DNA from: Tortispora ganteri
Lineage: Eukaryota
Length of the DNA stretch: 20,670 nucleotides
Direction of reading: 5' to 3'
Assembly (NCBI GenBank): GCA_003707115.1
Contig: PPNB01000015.1
Coordinates: 186,001-206,670 of the forward strand
The translations under genes were made by a program, and so were the position numbers. Each line of letters begins with the position of its first letter. Position 1 is the first letter of the stretch. Shown here piece by piece: positions 9,388 through 18,218 of the stretch. The notes under the pieces are model-generated. The model had not been told where the DNA came from and did no database searches. It saw nothing but the letters and a program-made list of their open reading frames with translations.

Positions 9388-11967
9388 ATGGATAATCACG
9401 ACACTTACGAAAAGAAAGTGCTTCATTTGTTCAAACCCGCGGAGGCGGTCGACTTCGTTACAAACAGAATGAGGTCTGCTAAAGAAATCAATGATGCTGT
9501 AGCGGAATGGATCCGTGCAAGATCGCAAATAGAACAAAACTACAGCGAAAGTCTTTACGCCTTGGCCAGACAGCGTTCTCTTAGTGCTTCCGAAACAGCT
9601 CTGGGCGCTTTTGGCCCGGTGTGGGATAGCGTCGTTCAGTCCGTCATAAGAAGTGCCGATTCTGGACTGGAAATATCTCGAAGAATGTCTGCAGAGGTTG
9701 CTACCCCATTAAGTCATTATCCGGATACATCAACGCTATGGAAAACCGTCCGTTCAGACCACGCTGATATGGCCAAGGTAGTCGCCCGCATAGAGGAAAG
9801 CTCTCAGACGCTAGATAAGCACCGCCACAAAAGTGGGTCTACTAAAACACATATCGCCGAATCTGAACTTGAAAGCGCAACTGAAAAATGGGAACGTGAA
9901 TCTGAACATCTCTACCGGAGCTTCGAATCAGCCGATTTCGACAGATGGCTTACCCTAAAGAACGCCCTAATTCAACTTCAAACTGCCATGATAGACCATC
10001 TACAGGAATCGCTCACTCAAAATGAAGCTCTTTTGAATTTGCTGTTCACGTTCGAACCCGGTCAAGACATTCAAAGGTATGCTAATTTGGCAGCTGAACT
10101 CAAAGCTGATCCTTTACAACTGGAAATGGCTGCTATAAGTGGTCCCAAACGAAGAGACTCTGCGGTATCTCGCACAAGCTCTGCTGCTAGTATTGTTACC
10201 TCTCCCTCTTCAAGAACTAAATCTCATCTTCCTACTGTACCAGAGTCCAGCTCTTCTCCTGCAGCAGCAAAAGAGAAGCATGGAAAACTAAGGTCTAAAT
10301 TTGGCTCAATTATGAGATCTGGAAACTCGGACAAAAAGAAACGACGCAGCATTTTTGGGAAAAAAAGTGATAAAGAAGTGGCTGAATCAGGTTCAGTTTC
10401 TTCTGGCTCTACTCCTACCCGCAGACAAACAAATGATTCCCTGTATAGTGATGATGTGTCCATCCCGAGCCCTACTCGCTCGCCGCAAAGGTCTCCTGAA
10501 AGATCGCCCGACAGATCTCCTGAAAGATCAGCAACACACTCTCACGGGCTCGCCCAAAATCCTTCCTTGACCCCTTCTGCTCTGGTTACTCAGGCTTCTG
10601 CCTCTGAACCTGCTGCCTCTAAATCTCACCAGCCTGCTTTTCCACCCCCGCAATCGCGTGGACAAACTGAGCAGGCTCGTACAAATTCTTCCGGATTTCA
10701 GATCAATATTCTTGATAAGCCTATTTCTGAAGAAAACTCGAATCCAAACTCTGTTTTTGACGAGGTCTCTAAAGCTATGCAAAACGATGACTCGGTTCAA
10801 AGGCGCCCTACCGTTAGGAATAGAGGTCGTTCAGAAATTTTTGATACATCTAATTCCGCATTTGCTTCTTCTCCCGTTGTGGCTCCGGCTTCAGCTCCAG
10901 CATATGGTGCTCCATTGCCTAGAGCTGAATCGGCTCCTGCCCCTCCTCCCCCTCATTCAAGAGGCACGGTAGGTAGTTTCAATCCTCACCCTTTGACGAC
11001 ACCCCGGGCGCATATTCCCTCACAAAGTGGATTTTCTGTATCTGAAATGGCTGATGCACAATCTGTTCTTTCTATTCAGTCAGGTATTTCTACATTATCT
11101 CATTCCGGTCCAAATGTAAGACATCCAGAGCTGCATGATGAGGGCTTGTGTGCTAGTGTTGTGGAGGTGATTAGTGCTCAGTATAAGAATGGTGAACTAC
11201 ACAGCTCTTCCTCATTTGGAGAGATGGCTTTTGCCTACAATCCTACTGGAGCTGAACCCAACAGAATTGCCCCTAATTACATTTTGAAACTTGGTAACCC
11301 TGGATGTCTCTCTAAGCTCTCCAGCATTGGCCAACCAGCACTGACTCCATCTAACTCTGAAATCACAGATAGCAAAGTTGGTGCAACGTCATTCCATCTG
11401 AAAACTACCATGCTTCAACCAAGGATACCTGCTGTTCTGCTAAGATATAGCATTGAAAGTCCAACTACTCCTATATGGCTGAAACCTGTTTGGAAGTTTC
11501 AAGAGAATCAGGCTTCACTTATTTTGGATTACAAGTTATCCGATGACTTTCCTTTTCAAACAGTGTCAATGTTTGATTTTGTTGTTGTTGCTACCATTGA
11601 CGGCGCAATTTCGACTGGTGCTCAAGCTAAGCCTCCAGGCAGCTTTAATCGCGAGAAACGGCGATTAACTTGGCGTATTGATAAACTAACGCTGACTTCT
11701 GGAGAGTCTCATAGATTTTTAGCACGGTTCACTACTGATAAAACTGCTTGTGAGCCTGCTGAAGGAAGCATATCTGCACGTTTCCGAATTGAAGGGCTAG
11801 ATGCCAAGCCGAAGGTTGATCCTATTATTGTACCATATTCAGGAACATGGGCTGAGCAGAAACCAGATGATGGGACGTATGATCCTTTTGCCGATTCTGC
11901 AGATTTATTCAAACCGGTACCGTCTATTAAGCGTGTGTTGGTTGGAAAATATATGGCTAGTGCATAA
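9388..11967 (+). CDS. SYP1: Muniscin endocytic adaptor Syp1/FCHo (F-BAR, disordered linker, mu-homology domain), 859 aa
   Basis: N-terminal coiled F-BAR-like region (INDAVAEWIRARSQIEQNYSESL), Ser/Pro-rich middle, and C-terminal muHD features (GLCASVVEVISA, GEMAFAY, PVWKFQENQASLILDY, AQAKPPGSFNREKRRLTW, GKYMA). Confidence 0.85.
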   Translation: MDNHDTYEKKVLHLFKPAEAVDFVTNRMRSAKEINDAVAEWIRARSQIEQNYSESLYALARQRSLSASETALGAFGPVWDSVVQSVIRSADSGLEISRRMSAEVATPLSHYPDTSTLWKTVRSDHADMAKVVARIEESSQTLDKHRHKSGSTKTHIAESELESATEKWERESEHLYRSFESADFDRWLTLKNALIQLQTAMIDHLQESLTQNEALLNLLFTFEPGQDIQRYANLAAELKADPLQLEMAAISGPKRRDSAVSRTSSAASIVTSPSSRTKSHLPTVPESSSSPAAAKEKHGKLRSKFGSIMRSGNSDKKKRRSIFGKKSDKEVAESGSVSSGSTPTRRQTNDSLYSDDVSIPSPTRSPQRSPERSPDRSPERSATHSHGLAQNPSLTPSALVTQASASEPAASKSHQPAFPPPQSRGQTEQARTNSSGFQINILDKPISEENSNPNSVFDEVSKAMQNDDSVQRRPTVRNRGRSEIFDTSNSAFASSPVVAPASAPAYGAPLPRAESAPAPPPPHSRGTVGSFNPHPLTTPRAHIPSQSGFSVSEMADAQSVLSIQSGISTLSHSGPNVRHPELHDEGLCASVVEVISAQYKNGELHSSSSFGEMAFAYNPTGAEPNRIAPNYILKLGNPGCLSKLSSIGQPALTPSNSEITDSKVGATSFHLKTTMLQPRIPAVLLRYSIESPTTPIWLKPVWKFQENQASLILDYKLSDDFPFQTVSMFDFVVVATIDGAISTGAQAKPPGSFNREKRRLTWRIDKLTLTSGESHRFLARFTTDKTACEPAEGSISARFRIEGLDAKPKVDPIIVPYSGTWAEQKPDDGTYDPFADSADLFKPVPSIKRVLVGKYMASA
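10468..10527 (+). repeat. Five tandem 12-nt S-P-x-R codon repeats within SYP1
   Basis: Encodes SPTR-SPQR-SPER-SPDR-SPER; TCTCCTGAAAGATC occurs twice. Confidence 0.8.
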
Positions 11968-12248
11968 CATGTTTGATTTTCTAGTTAAATGTAAGAGTAA
12001 TATTAAGTTTCTATGATCAAAATAGTCAGAAAACGAATAATAATAAATAATATAGACGTGTAAAACTACCGTTAGGTTATTAACGAATGTAGTGAGGGTT
12101 AATCGCAGAAAGTGTAGCTAAATCTTTCCAGACAAGTGTTCCAAATATGAGCCCCTTGATGAGTGTGCATCATAGCTAAAAGAGTTGATAAATAAGACAA
12201 AAACGAAATTATTCCATTTAATATAAGACAGAGTCGCGACGTTCACGC

Positions 12249-13358
12249 TCAGCGCCGAACGTTAGGGTATGAAGAAGCATACGGATTTGCGCCAGTTGGA
12301 GAAGGAAGCATACTGGACGGCGAAGGCACATTCGGATAGCTTGATTGTGAAGAGGCTGTAGGTTGCTGATAAGGTCGCTGTTGTGAAGGATTGCTGGCAA
12401 TTGTAGTTGCGGAGCTGGATACCGGTAGAACACTGAGACACACACGTGGGACGACACCCTTCACATCTGGACTACTTTCAAGAGAGGCCAGACACCATTC
12501 ATCCTCGTACTGATGCAGTATATGAAGACGCTGGCCTTTCTGGAGTCGAAGCTCGTCAGTCATTGAAGGATGGAAATCCATAATTACTTCATACACGGCA
12601 TTAGAGTTTGGGCCTGCATTTTCAGGATCGTCACTCATAGGCGCATAGCCCTTCGGATTATTACCCATTATAGAAGACATTCTTTTTGAAATCCTGTTTG
12701 CTGCTGTGCCAGCGGCAGCACCTTCGGTGGAACGAAGTCCTGCAGAGGACTGGGCAGATGCGTACGAAACGTCTTTCTCAGCTAAAGAGGAAGAAGGAGA
12801 GTTAGTCATTCCAAACGAGTTTCTTTGGGCTGTATTCTTCTTATTAACTCTTCTATTTCTGCGCAAACAAAAGAAAAGCACCAGACCAAGAATTAATACT
12901 AGCGCTCCACCTACAGCAGCAGGTACAGCGATCGCAATTGTCCGCTTAGTGCCAGTAAGTCCGCCTGAGCTCGATGCGGTAGGAGTCGCGGAAGCGGAAG
13001 AGGAAGTAATAGAAGAAGCACTTATAGTGGACGAAGTTTCTGTTGATGAGGGATTGGAAGAGGAAACAAAAGTAGTTCCTGTCTCAGAAGAGGTCAGAGA
13101 AGAAGTTGTGATGTGAGTAGAAGTCGCGGTAGGAAGAGAAGAAGAACTTTCCAAAATGAGGGGAACATCGACACCTTGTGACGCGATGTCGCTAGCGACT
13201 GCAGCAGCAGAATTCGCATCTGTTGCGGCAGCTGCAGTGGTGTCAGTGGGTTCCACGATTTGAAACTGATTAGTGTCGTATGAAGATAGAATTCTGGTGG
13301 TGCTCGGCTCGATCTGAGCGAAGACGGTCTGTGTCACTGTAGCGATATCGTCGTCCAT
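12249..13358 (-). CDS. Fus1-like single-pass membrane protein: Ser/Thr-rich ectodomain, TM helix, cytoplasmic SH3; 369 aa
   Basis: First in-frame ATG at 13358 (the track's 13376 is a TTG, with an in-frame TGA further upstream). No signal peptide. S/T-rich N-terminus, TM IAIAVPAAVGGALVLILGLVLFFCL followed by RRNRR, and atypical SH3 VYEVIMDFHPSMTDELRL...EDEWCL...GVVPRVCL of the Fus1 type. Confidence 0.8.
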   Translation of the reverse strand: MDDDIATVTQTVFAQIEPSTTRILSSYDTNQFQIVEPTDTTAAAATDANSAAAVASDIASQGVDVPLILESSSSLPTATSTHITTSSLTSSETGTTFVSSSNPSSTETSSTISASSITSSSASATPTASSSGGLTGTKRTIAIAVPAAVGGALVLILGLVLFFCLRRNRRVNKKNTAQRNSFGMTNSPSSSLAEKDVSYASAQSSAGLRSTEGAAAGTAANRISKRMSSIMGNNPKGYAPMSDDPENAGPNSNAVYEVIMDFHPSMTDELRLQKGQRLHILHQYEDEWCLASLESSPDVKGVVPRVCLSVLPVSSSATTIASNPSQQRPYQQPTASSQSSYPNVPSPSSMLPSPTGANPYASSYPNVRR

Positions 13359-14035
13359 AGCGAGAGATAGTAGCAAAAAGCGATGAAAATATAACGAACG
13401 AAGAGTAAATCAGGGTGGTGAAAGAAGAAGGCGAAAAAAAAAAAGTAAAAAGAGTGTGCAATTGAAAGAAAAAGTAATTGAAAGGGGCAGTTGAAGCTAA
13501 CTCCTTTGGAATGTTACTCGTGACGCGGGGAACGCGCTTCATTTAGATTAAAGTTTTTAAATTAGTAAATATGATTGGTTCATTGCAATCTTCAAAGACC
13601 TGTCTCAAAGGGATGTCGATGTAAAGGGGTATTACATGCAAGCGCGAAAGAGCATTTGTTCGTTAATATGAGATTAATTCAAACCAGAAAATGATTCTTT
13701 TTATCGCATTTGGGTACCAGATGAGTGTACTAAAAAAACAAGTGCTGCTCAAAGTTGCGTCTGGTACACCTGTTAGGCACGCAGAGTACAACGCTATTAT
13801 AACACGAATAGAACTCATTCATTAAAAGACATCAAGGTTCAGGGTTAACGCATATATGAAGCTTTTCTTTAATATAAATGCAAACAAAAAAAAATGGTGC
13901 TAATAGGAAACAAATGCAGGTATAATAAGGTTGGACACGTTAACGCGCTGTAATTATAGTGCGCGATTGACTTATTATACTGGGGTGGTATCATTGGAAA
14001 TTGTTTAAGTTTGAGAACAACGAATTGATCAGCAT

Positions 14036-15475
14036 CTAATGTTCAAGGAACTCCTTGACAGGCTGACCCACATGCTCGACCGCCAGTAGAAATGTGTCAT
14101 GACCATATTGCGAAATATCCTCCGATAGTTCGACATAATGGACGCGATTATTACCGATAGCGTGCAGGGCATCTGCTATTTCGCGCTGTTGTCTGGCCGG
14201 GAACAATATGTCGGAAGCTGCACCTATCACCAAAGTAGGTGTATGCGCGAGTTTTTGTATTCCTTGTGCTATGTCCGCCGCGATATCTGCAGAGCTCTCC
14301 TCGAGGTTCTCAGATTCCTGTTTCTGTTCCTGGTATGGCTTACTGGGCAGTGCACTTGGCGTCGACTGGACCGACTCTCTGATTGCCAATTTGGCCTTCT
14401 GCGCACTGAGTCTCATGTCAAATAAATCCATAGCTTTCGAAATGTAGAGGAAAGAATTGGCATCATAATCCAGACTCCACTTCTCGCCCTGGTGATCCAG
14501 GTACGTCTCGATCAAATAGTCCGCACATAACGCTGGTGGTTTTGAAGGATCAGCTCTCTTATGTCCAAACCTCTGTTCCCATTCGGGTCCAGACCGATAT
14601 GTAATAGTGGCGATTTCACGTGCAAGTTTAAGTCCTGAGTGTGGCGGCACACTGTCATAGTACCAACCTCGTTTCCAGAGCGGATCAGCCATTAGGACCT
14701 GCCTTTGTGCAAACCGCATCGCGATCGAAGAAGGGTGAGATCGAAGGCACCCAGATATAGACACTACCTTTCGCACCTTCTCAGGGTACATCACACCAGC
14801 ACATAAGCTCTGCATACCGCCCATACTGGATCCGATTGAGGCATGCAGCTTCTCAACGCCTAGCCGCGGTAACACGGTCTCGAATTGCGCTCGCACCATG
14901 TCTTCGATCGTCAGTATTGGGAACCTAGTGGCATACGGTTGTTTGTCGGCAGATATTGACTTCGGTCCTGTTGATCCAAAGCAGCCTCCAAGCACATTGG
15001 TGCAGATTACAAAGTACTTGTCGGTGTCCAATGCCTTGCCCGGCCCAATAAACGCTTCCCACCACCCTGGAGATGTATTGCCTGAATGTGAATGTGCGTG
15101 CGAACTAGCAGAAAGTCCTGTGTGCAGAAGAATAGCGTTAGATCGGTCCTGGTTTAGCGTACCCCAGGTCTCGTACGCCAGCTCGTACTCCTGTAATGAT
15201 CCGCCATAGTCCAATGCTAATGGATGTATGCTCTTTGCAAGGCTTATCCCTTCTGTTGTGGTATTATAATGTGGTTCTGGCCCGTCACTACGCAGACGTC
15301 GCGTTTTTGTTTCCAATTTGTCGACGCAAGGAAACGACATTTGCCTATACGGATCAATAGTTCTCGGTGGGTTTGAACTTGGCCGAGACGCTAACTGGCT
15401 CAGCGAGCTGTACCGTTTCGCATCTCTTAGCTTTTCAGATATGCTGATCCTATGCAAACATCGCCTTGCCGACAT
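14036..15475 (-). CDS. CYS2: Serine O-succinyl/acetyltransferase (MetX/Met2-like alpha/beta hydrolase, S. pombe Cys2 / A. nidulans CysA type), likely mitochondrial, 479 aa
   Basis: [13 protein letters not shown] (serine-type rather than homoserine-type HALTG), [15 protein letters not shown], nucleophile GSSMGG, SDILFP and GHDTFL. Arg/Ser-rich presequence-like N-terminus from ATG 15475 (the track's 15496 is a TTG). Confidence 0.85.
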   Translation of the reverse strand: MSARRCLHRISISEKLRDAKRYSSLSQLASRPSSNPPRTIDPYRQMSFPCVDKLETKTRRLRSDGPEPHYNTTTEGISLAKSIHPLALDYGGSLQEYELAYETWGTLNQDRSNAILLHTGLSASSHAHSHSGNTSPGWWEAFIGPGKALDTDKYFVICTNVLGGCFGSTGPKSISADKQPYATRFPILTIEDMVRAQFETVLPRLGVEKLHASIGSSMGGMQSLCAGVMYPEKVRKVVSISGCLRSHPSSIAMRFAQRQVLMADPLWKRGWYYDSVPPHSGLKLAREIATITYRSGPEWEQRFGHKRADPSKPPALCADYLIETYLDHQGEKWSLDYDANSFLYISKAMDLFDMRLSAQKAKLAIRESVQSTPSALPSKPYQEQKQESENLEESSADIAADIAQGIQKLAHTPTLVIGAASDILFPARQQREIADALHAIGNNRVHYVELSEDISQYGHDTFLLAVEHVGQPVKEFLEH

Positions 15476-15604
15476 ACCCGGTGTAACACTAATCAAGGCA
15501 AAAGAAAAACCGAAGTAAAAGAGTAATTGTGCCGAAAACCGTCTATTACTGGACAGTTATATCGTCATTTAGATTTCATAAAATCCGAATCAAGTAACGT
15601 CAAC

Positions 15605-15612
15605 TCACGTGA
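15605..15612. promoter_or_regulatory. Cbf1 (bHLH) site TCACGTGA upstream of CYS2
   Basis: Perfect TCACGTGA palindrome 130 bp upstream of a sulfur amino acid gene; Cbf1 is an established regulator of that regulon. Confidence 0.6.
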
Positions 15613-15799
15613 TATAGGGTTATTAGGGTAATGAGGATTATTACAACAGAAGCGATCCAGATCTGGCGGCTCAACATCACAATTGTCGGTACCTCTTGTG
15701 CTGTTCCGCTAATAATTTAAGTATGAATCAATTTAAAGCCTGAAAAGAAAAACGAGAAATATATATATTTTTTGTATGACGTGTAAGCTGCGAAGTCCG

Positions 15800-15807
15800 A
15801 AACTGTG
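15800..15807 (+). promoter_or_regulatory. Met31/Met32-like core AAACTGTG
   Basis: Matches the core AAACTGTG(G) sulfur regulon motif, in the same intergenic region as the Cbf1 site. Confidence 0.4.
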
Positions 15808-15826
15808 TCGTTGAAGATCACTATAC

Positions 15827-15832
15827 CCGAGG
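15827..15832 (+). promoter_or_regulatory. FarA/Por1/Ctf1-type fatty-acid response element CCGAGG
   Basis: Exact CCGAGG (= CCTCGG) about 360 bp upstream of a PTS1-bearing acyl-CoA ligase. A hexamer, so chance occurrence is possible. Confidence 0.35.
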
Positions 15833-16028
15833 TTTCACAACTGTAATAGGTGCAACCATATATTGTTACATATCTTTGACCAGCAATTATTTCTGATGTC
15901 AATTTTTATTTGCAGTAATCTAACAGGCTCTCTGAATATTGACTAACCACTTATAATGTCTCTACTGACAGATATATAGCATAATGCAGCTGATTTCATT
16001 CGGTGAAGTTATGTTTTTAAGGTTTCAG

Positions 16029-16076
16029 CCCCGCAAGATTACCTTTTTCTCTTAGCCGGTGTAAGTATATATAAAA
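16029..16076 (+). promoter_or_regulatory. Mig1/CreA GC box (CCCCGC 16029-16034) and TATA box (TATATATAAAA 16066-16076) of the acyl-CoA ligase gene
   Basis: Motif matches; the TATA box lies about 115 bp upstream of ATG 16192. Confidence 0.5.
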
Positions 16077-16191
16077 GCCTTTAATTTCCAATACTTCTGA
16101 TCAACCCGACGAACTCATCTAATATATAGAGAGCACCTTAAATCGCATCTGGCCTTGAAAGAGATAAACTTTTGTATTGAACCTATAAGTA

Positions 16192-17943
16192 ATGTTGTTT
16201 AAAGCTCCTGATAAGTTCGTGCTCCCCGAAGTACCGGACTACCTGTCTCTTGAACAGTTCATGTACGTTGCTTCAAAACCGTCTGACAAGGATATCCTGT
16301 GTTCTGGCGTCTCGGACACTAAATTCAGAAATCTCAAAGAACTGAAAGTATTTACCGATAACCTCGCTTCGTCTATCGCACCTATTTTTGGCGTGAAAAA
16401 GAACTGGAGTGGTACCTTGGCGACAGGCAAACCCGGGAGCGGAGAGTTCGATCGCTCTGTGGTTTTGTACTCTGAGAACTCCGTTTACACGCTTCCTGTT
16501 CAGCTGGCAGTTCACCGCCTTTTAGGTGTAGTTTCCCCTGCATCCACTTCCATGACAGTAAAAGAAGTGGTGCATCAACTTAAGCTCTCTGAGGCCAAGA
16601 TAATTATCACTTCCAAGAAGTATCTTCCCAACGTTCTTGAAGCCATTAAGATCACCGGACATTCTAGATATAATGTATTCCTTACAGATGAAGTCTCTCA
16701 CGATGGATTTGTCACTGTTAAGGAGCTTGCTGCGCGTGGCAGTCTCATGCCTCCTGCTCCTATTGTTGTTCTTAAGCCCGGCGAGGCCAAAGAGCGCGTA
16801 GCCTTCCTTTCGCAAAGCAGCGGTACTTCAGGCCTCCCTAAAGGTATTAAGATTTCACATTACAATGTTATTGCCAATATACTTCAGATAAACGTTCTCT
16901 ACCGTGAAGAGACATTGAAAGTAAATCTAGCATTACTTCCCTTATATCATATATATGGGCTAGTTGTCGTTCTGTATGCTTCAATGCATGCTGGATCTCA
17001 ACTGGTAGTGCTGAATGAGTTCAAATACGAACTCCTTTTACAAACAGTTGAGAAATTTAAGCTGACTTCTTTGTTTGTGGTACCGCCTATTTTAGTTCGC
17101 CTGCTTAATGACTTGAAGTCTGAGCATCCCATTGCGGAAAAATATAATCTCACATCAATTGAACGATTCGTGACCGGTGCTGCGCCATTTTCTAGTGATC
17201 AGACAGATGCTCTTTATGCTACCCCATGGGCAAAACGTCATAAATTTGCACTCGTGCAGGCATATGGTGCTACTGAAATGGCTCCTATCGGATGCACTCA
17301 GCGAAGCGACTCAGTCTTACCTGGTGCATCTGGTTACGTTTCTCCTGGTTCTGTAGTCCGAGTCGTGGACCCTGAAACGCTTAAGGATGTTGAAGATCCG
17401 GAAAATACTACAGGTGAACTATGGTACAAGGGCCCTAATGTGGTGCTTGGCTATGTCGACAACGCTAAAGGAGTACGTGGACCTGTCGCACCAGGTTTTC
17501 TCACGCCTGACGGATACTATCGAACCGGTGACGAAGTTCTGTTTAGAAAAGACAAACATGGGGAGTACCAAGTTATTGTTGTCGATCGCCTGAAAGAACT
17601 CATCAAAACCAAAGGTTTCCAAGTAGCACCGGCTGAGCTGGAAGGAGTCATCCTTTCACATCCTGCTGTAGCTGACTGCTGTGTGATTGGTATACCTGAC
17701 GAACGTGCTGGCGAACTGCCTCGGGCGTACATCACGCTCTCCCCCAATGCCAGCAGGGAAGGCGTTGAACAGAGTGTTTATGACTTTGTCAAGAAGGAGA
17801 AGGCAAGGTACAAGTGGCTAGATGGAGGAGTTGTTATCATTGATGAGATTCCTAAGTCGCAGTCAGGCAAGATTCTCCGACGATTCCTTCGTGATAAAGC
17901 ACGTGCAGAGTACGCTAAGCAACATGCTAAGTCTAAGTTGTAA
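16192..17943 (+). CDS. Peroxisomal 4-coumarate-CoA-ligase-like aryl/acyl-CoA ligase (ANL adenylate-forming family), 583 aa
   Basis: Adenylation motifs SQSSGTSGLPKG, LPLYHIYG, QAYGATE, YRTGD, DRLKELIKTKGFQVAPAELE and IPKSQSGKILRR. C-terminal PTS1 -AKSKL. Confidence 0.9.
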   Translation: MLFKAPDKFVLPEVPDYLSLEQFMYVASKPSDKDILCSGVSDTKFRNLKELKVFTDNLASSIAPIFGVKKNWSGTLATGKPGSGEFDRSVVLYSENSVYTLPVQLAVHRLLGVVSPASTSMTVKEVVHQLKLSEAKIIITSKKYLPNVLEAIKITGHSRYNVFLTDEVSHDGFVTVKELAARGSLMPPAPIVVLKPGEAKERVAFLSQSSGTSGLPKGIKISHYNVIANILQINVLYREETLKVNLALLPLYHIYGLVVVLYASMHAGSQLVVLNEFKYELLLQTVEKFKLTSLFVVPPILVRLLNDLKSEHPIAEKYNLTSIERFVTGAAPFSSDQTDALYATPWAKRHKFALVQAYGATEMAPIGCTQRSDSVLPGASGYVSPGSVVRVVDPETLKDVEDPENTTGELWYKGPNVVLGYVDNAKGVRGPVAPGFLTPDGYYRTGDEVLFRKDKHGEYQVIVVDRLKELIKTKGFQVAPAELEGVILSHPAVADCCVIGIPDERAGELPRAYITLSPNASREGVEQSVYDFVKKEKARYKWLDGGVVIIDEIPKSQSGKILRRFLRDKARAEYAKQHAKSKL

Positions 17944-18218
17944 ATGTGTTTCACAAGTGAGCAAAAAAACATGAGCAATTCCCTCATCTGTCTACATCGA
18001 TTGTTGCAGTGAATATTGGCGGGTATTACACTACAGTTTAATTTATTGAACAACGTTTTTCTTCTACTTTTGGGTAGGAACGGATACTGTATGAAATGTT
18101 TTGTTCCTTTCCAGTTACCATCAGTGTAGTTCAACGAACCCAATAAGCGACATAGGAATTTACAATATTAAAGAGATAAACCCACACAATAAACTAAATA
18201 CTAAACCAAATTACCTGC

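Noticed and set aside
13601..13610. TGTCTCAAAG identical to a stretch near the 5' end of 18S rRNA (possible snoRNA guide on the minus strand)
   Set aside because: Only 10 nt, with no adjacent D/D' box or matching C box.
15721..15970. Donor-like GTATGA/GTAAGC and branch-acceptor-like CTAACAG/CTGACAG motifs in the divergent promoter
   Set aside because: No coherent exon or ORF results, the branch-to-acceptor spacing differs from the confirmed introns, and the TATA box lies downstream.
18150..18218. CAG|GTAATT donor-like motif just after the JEN stop codon (3' UTR intron)
   Set aside because: No CTAAC branch point with a suitable acceptor downstream.
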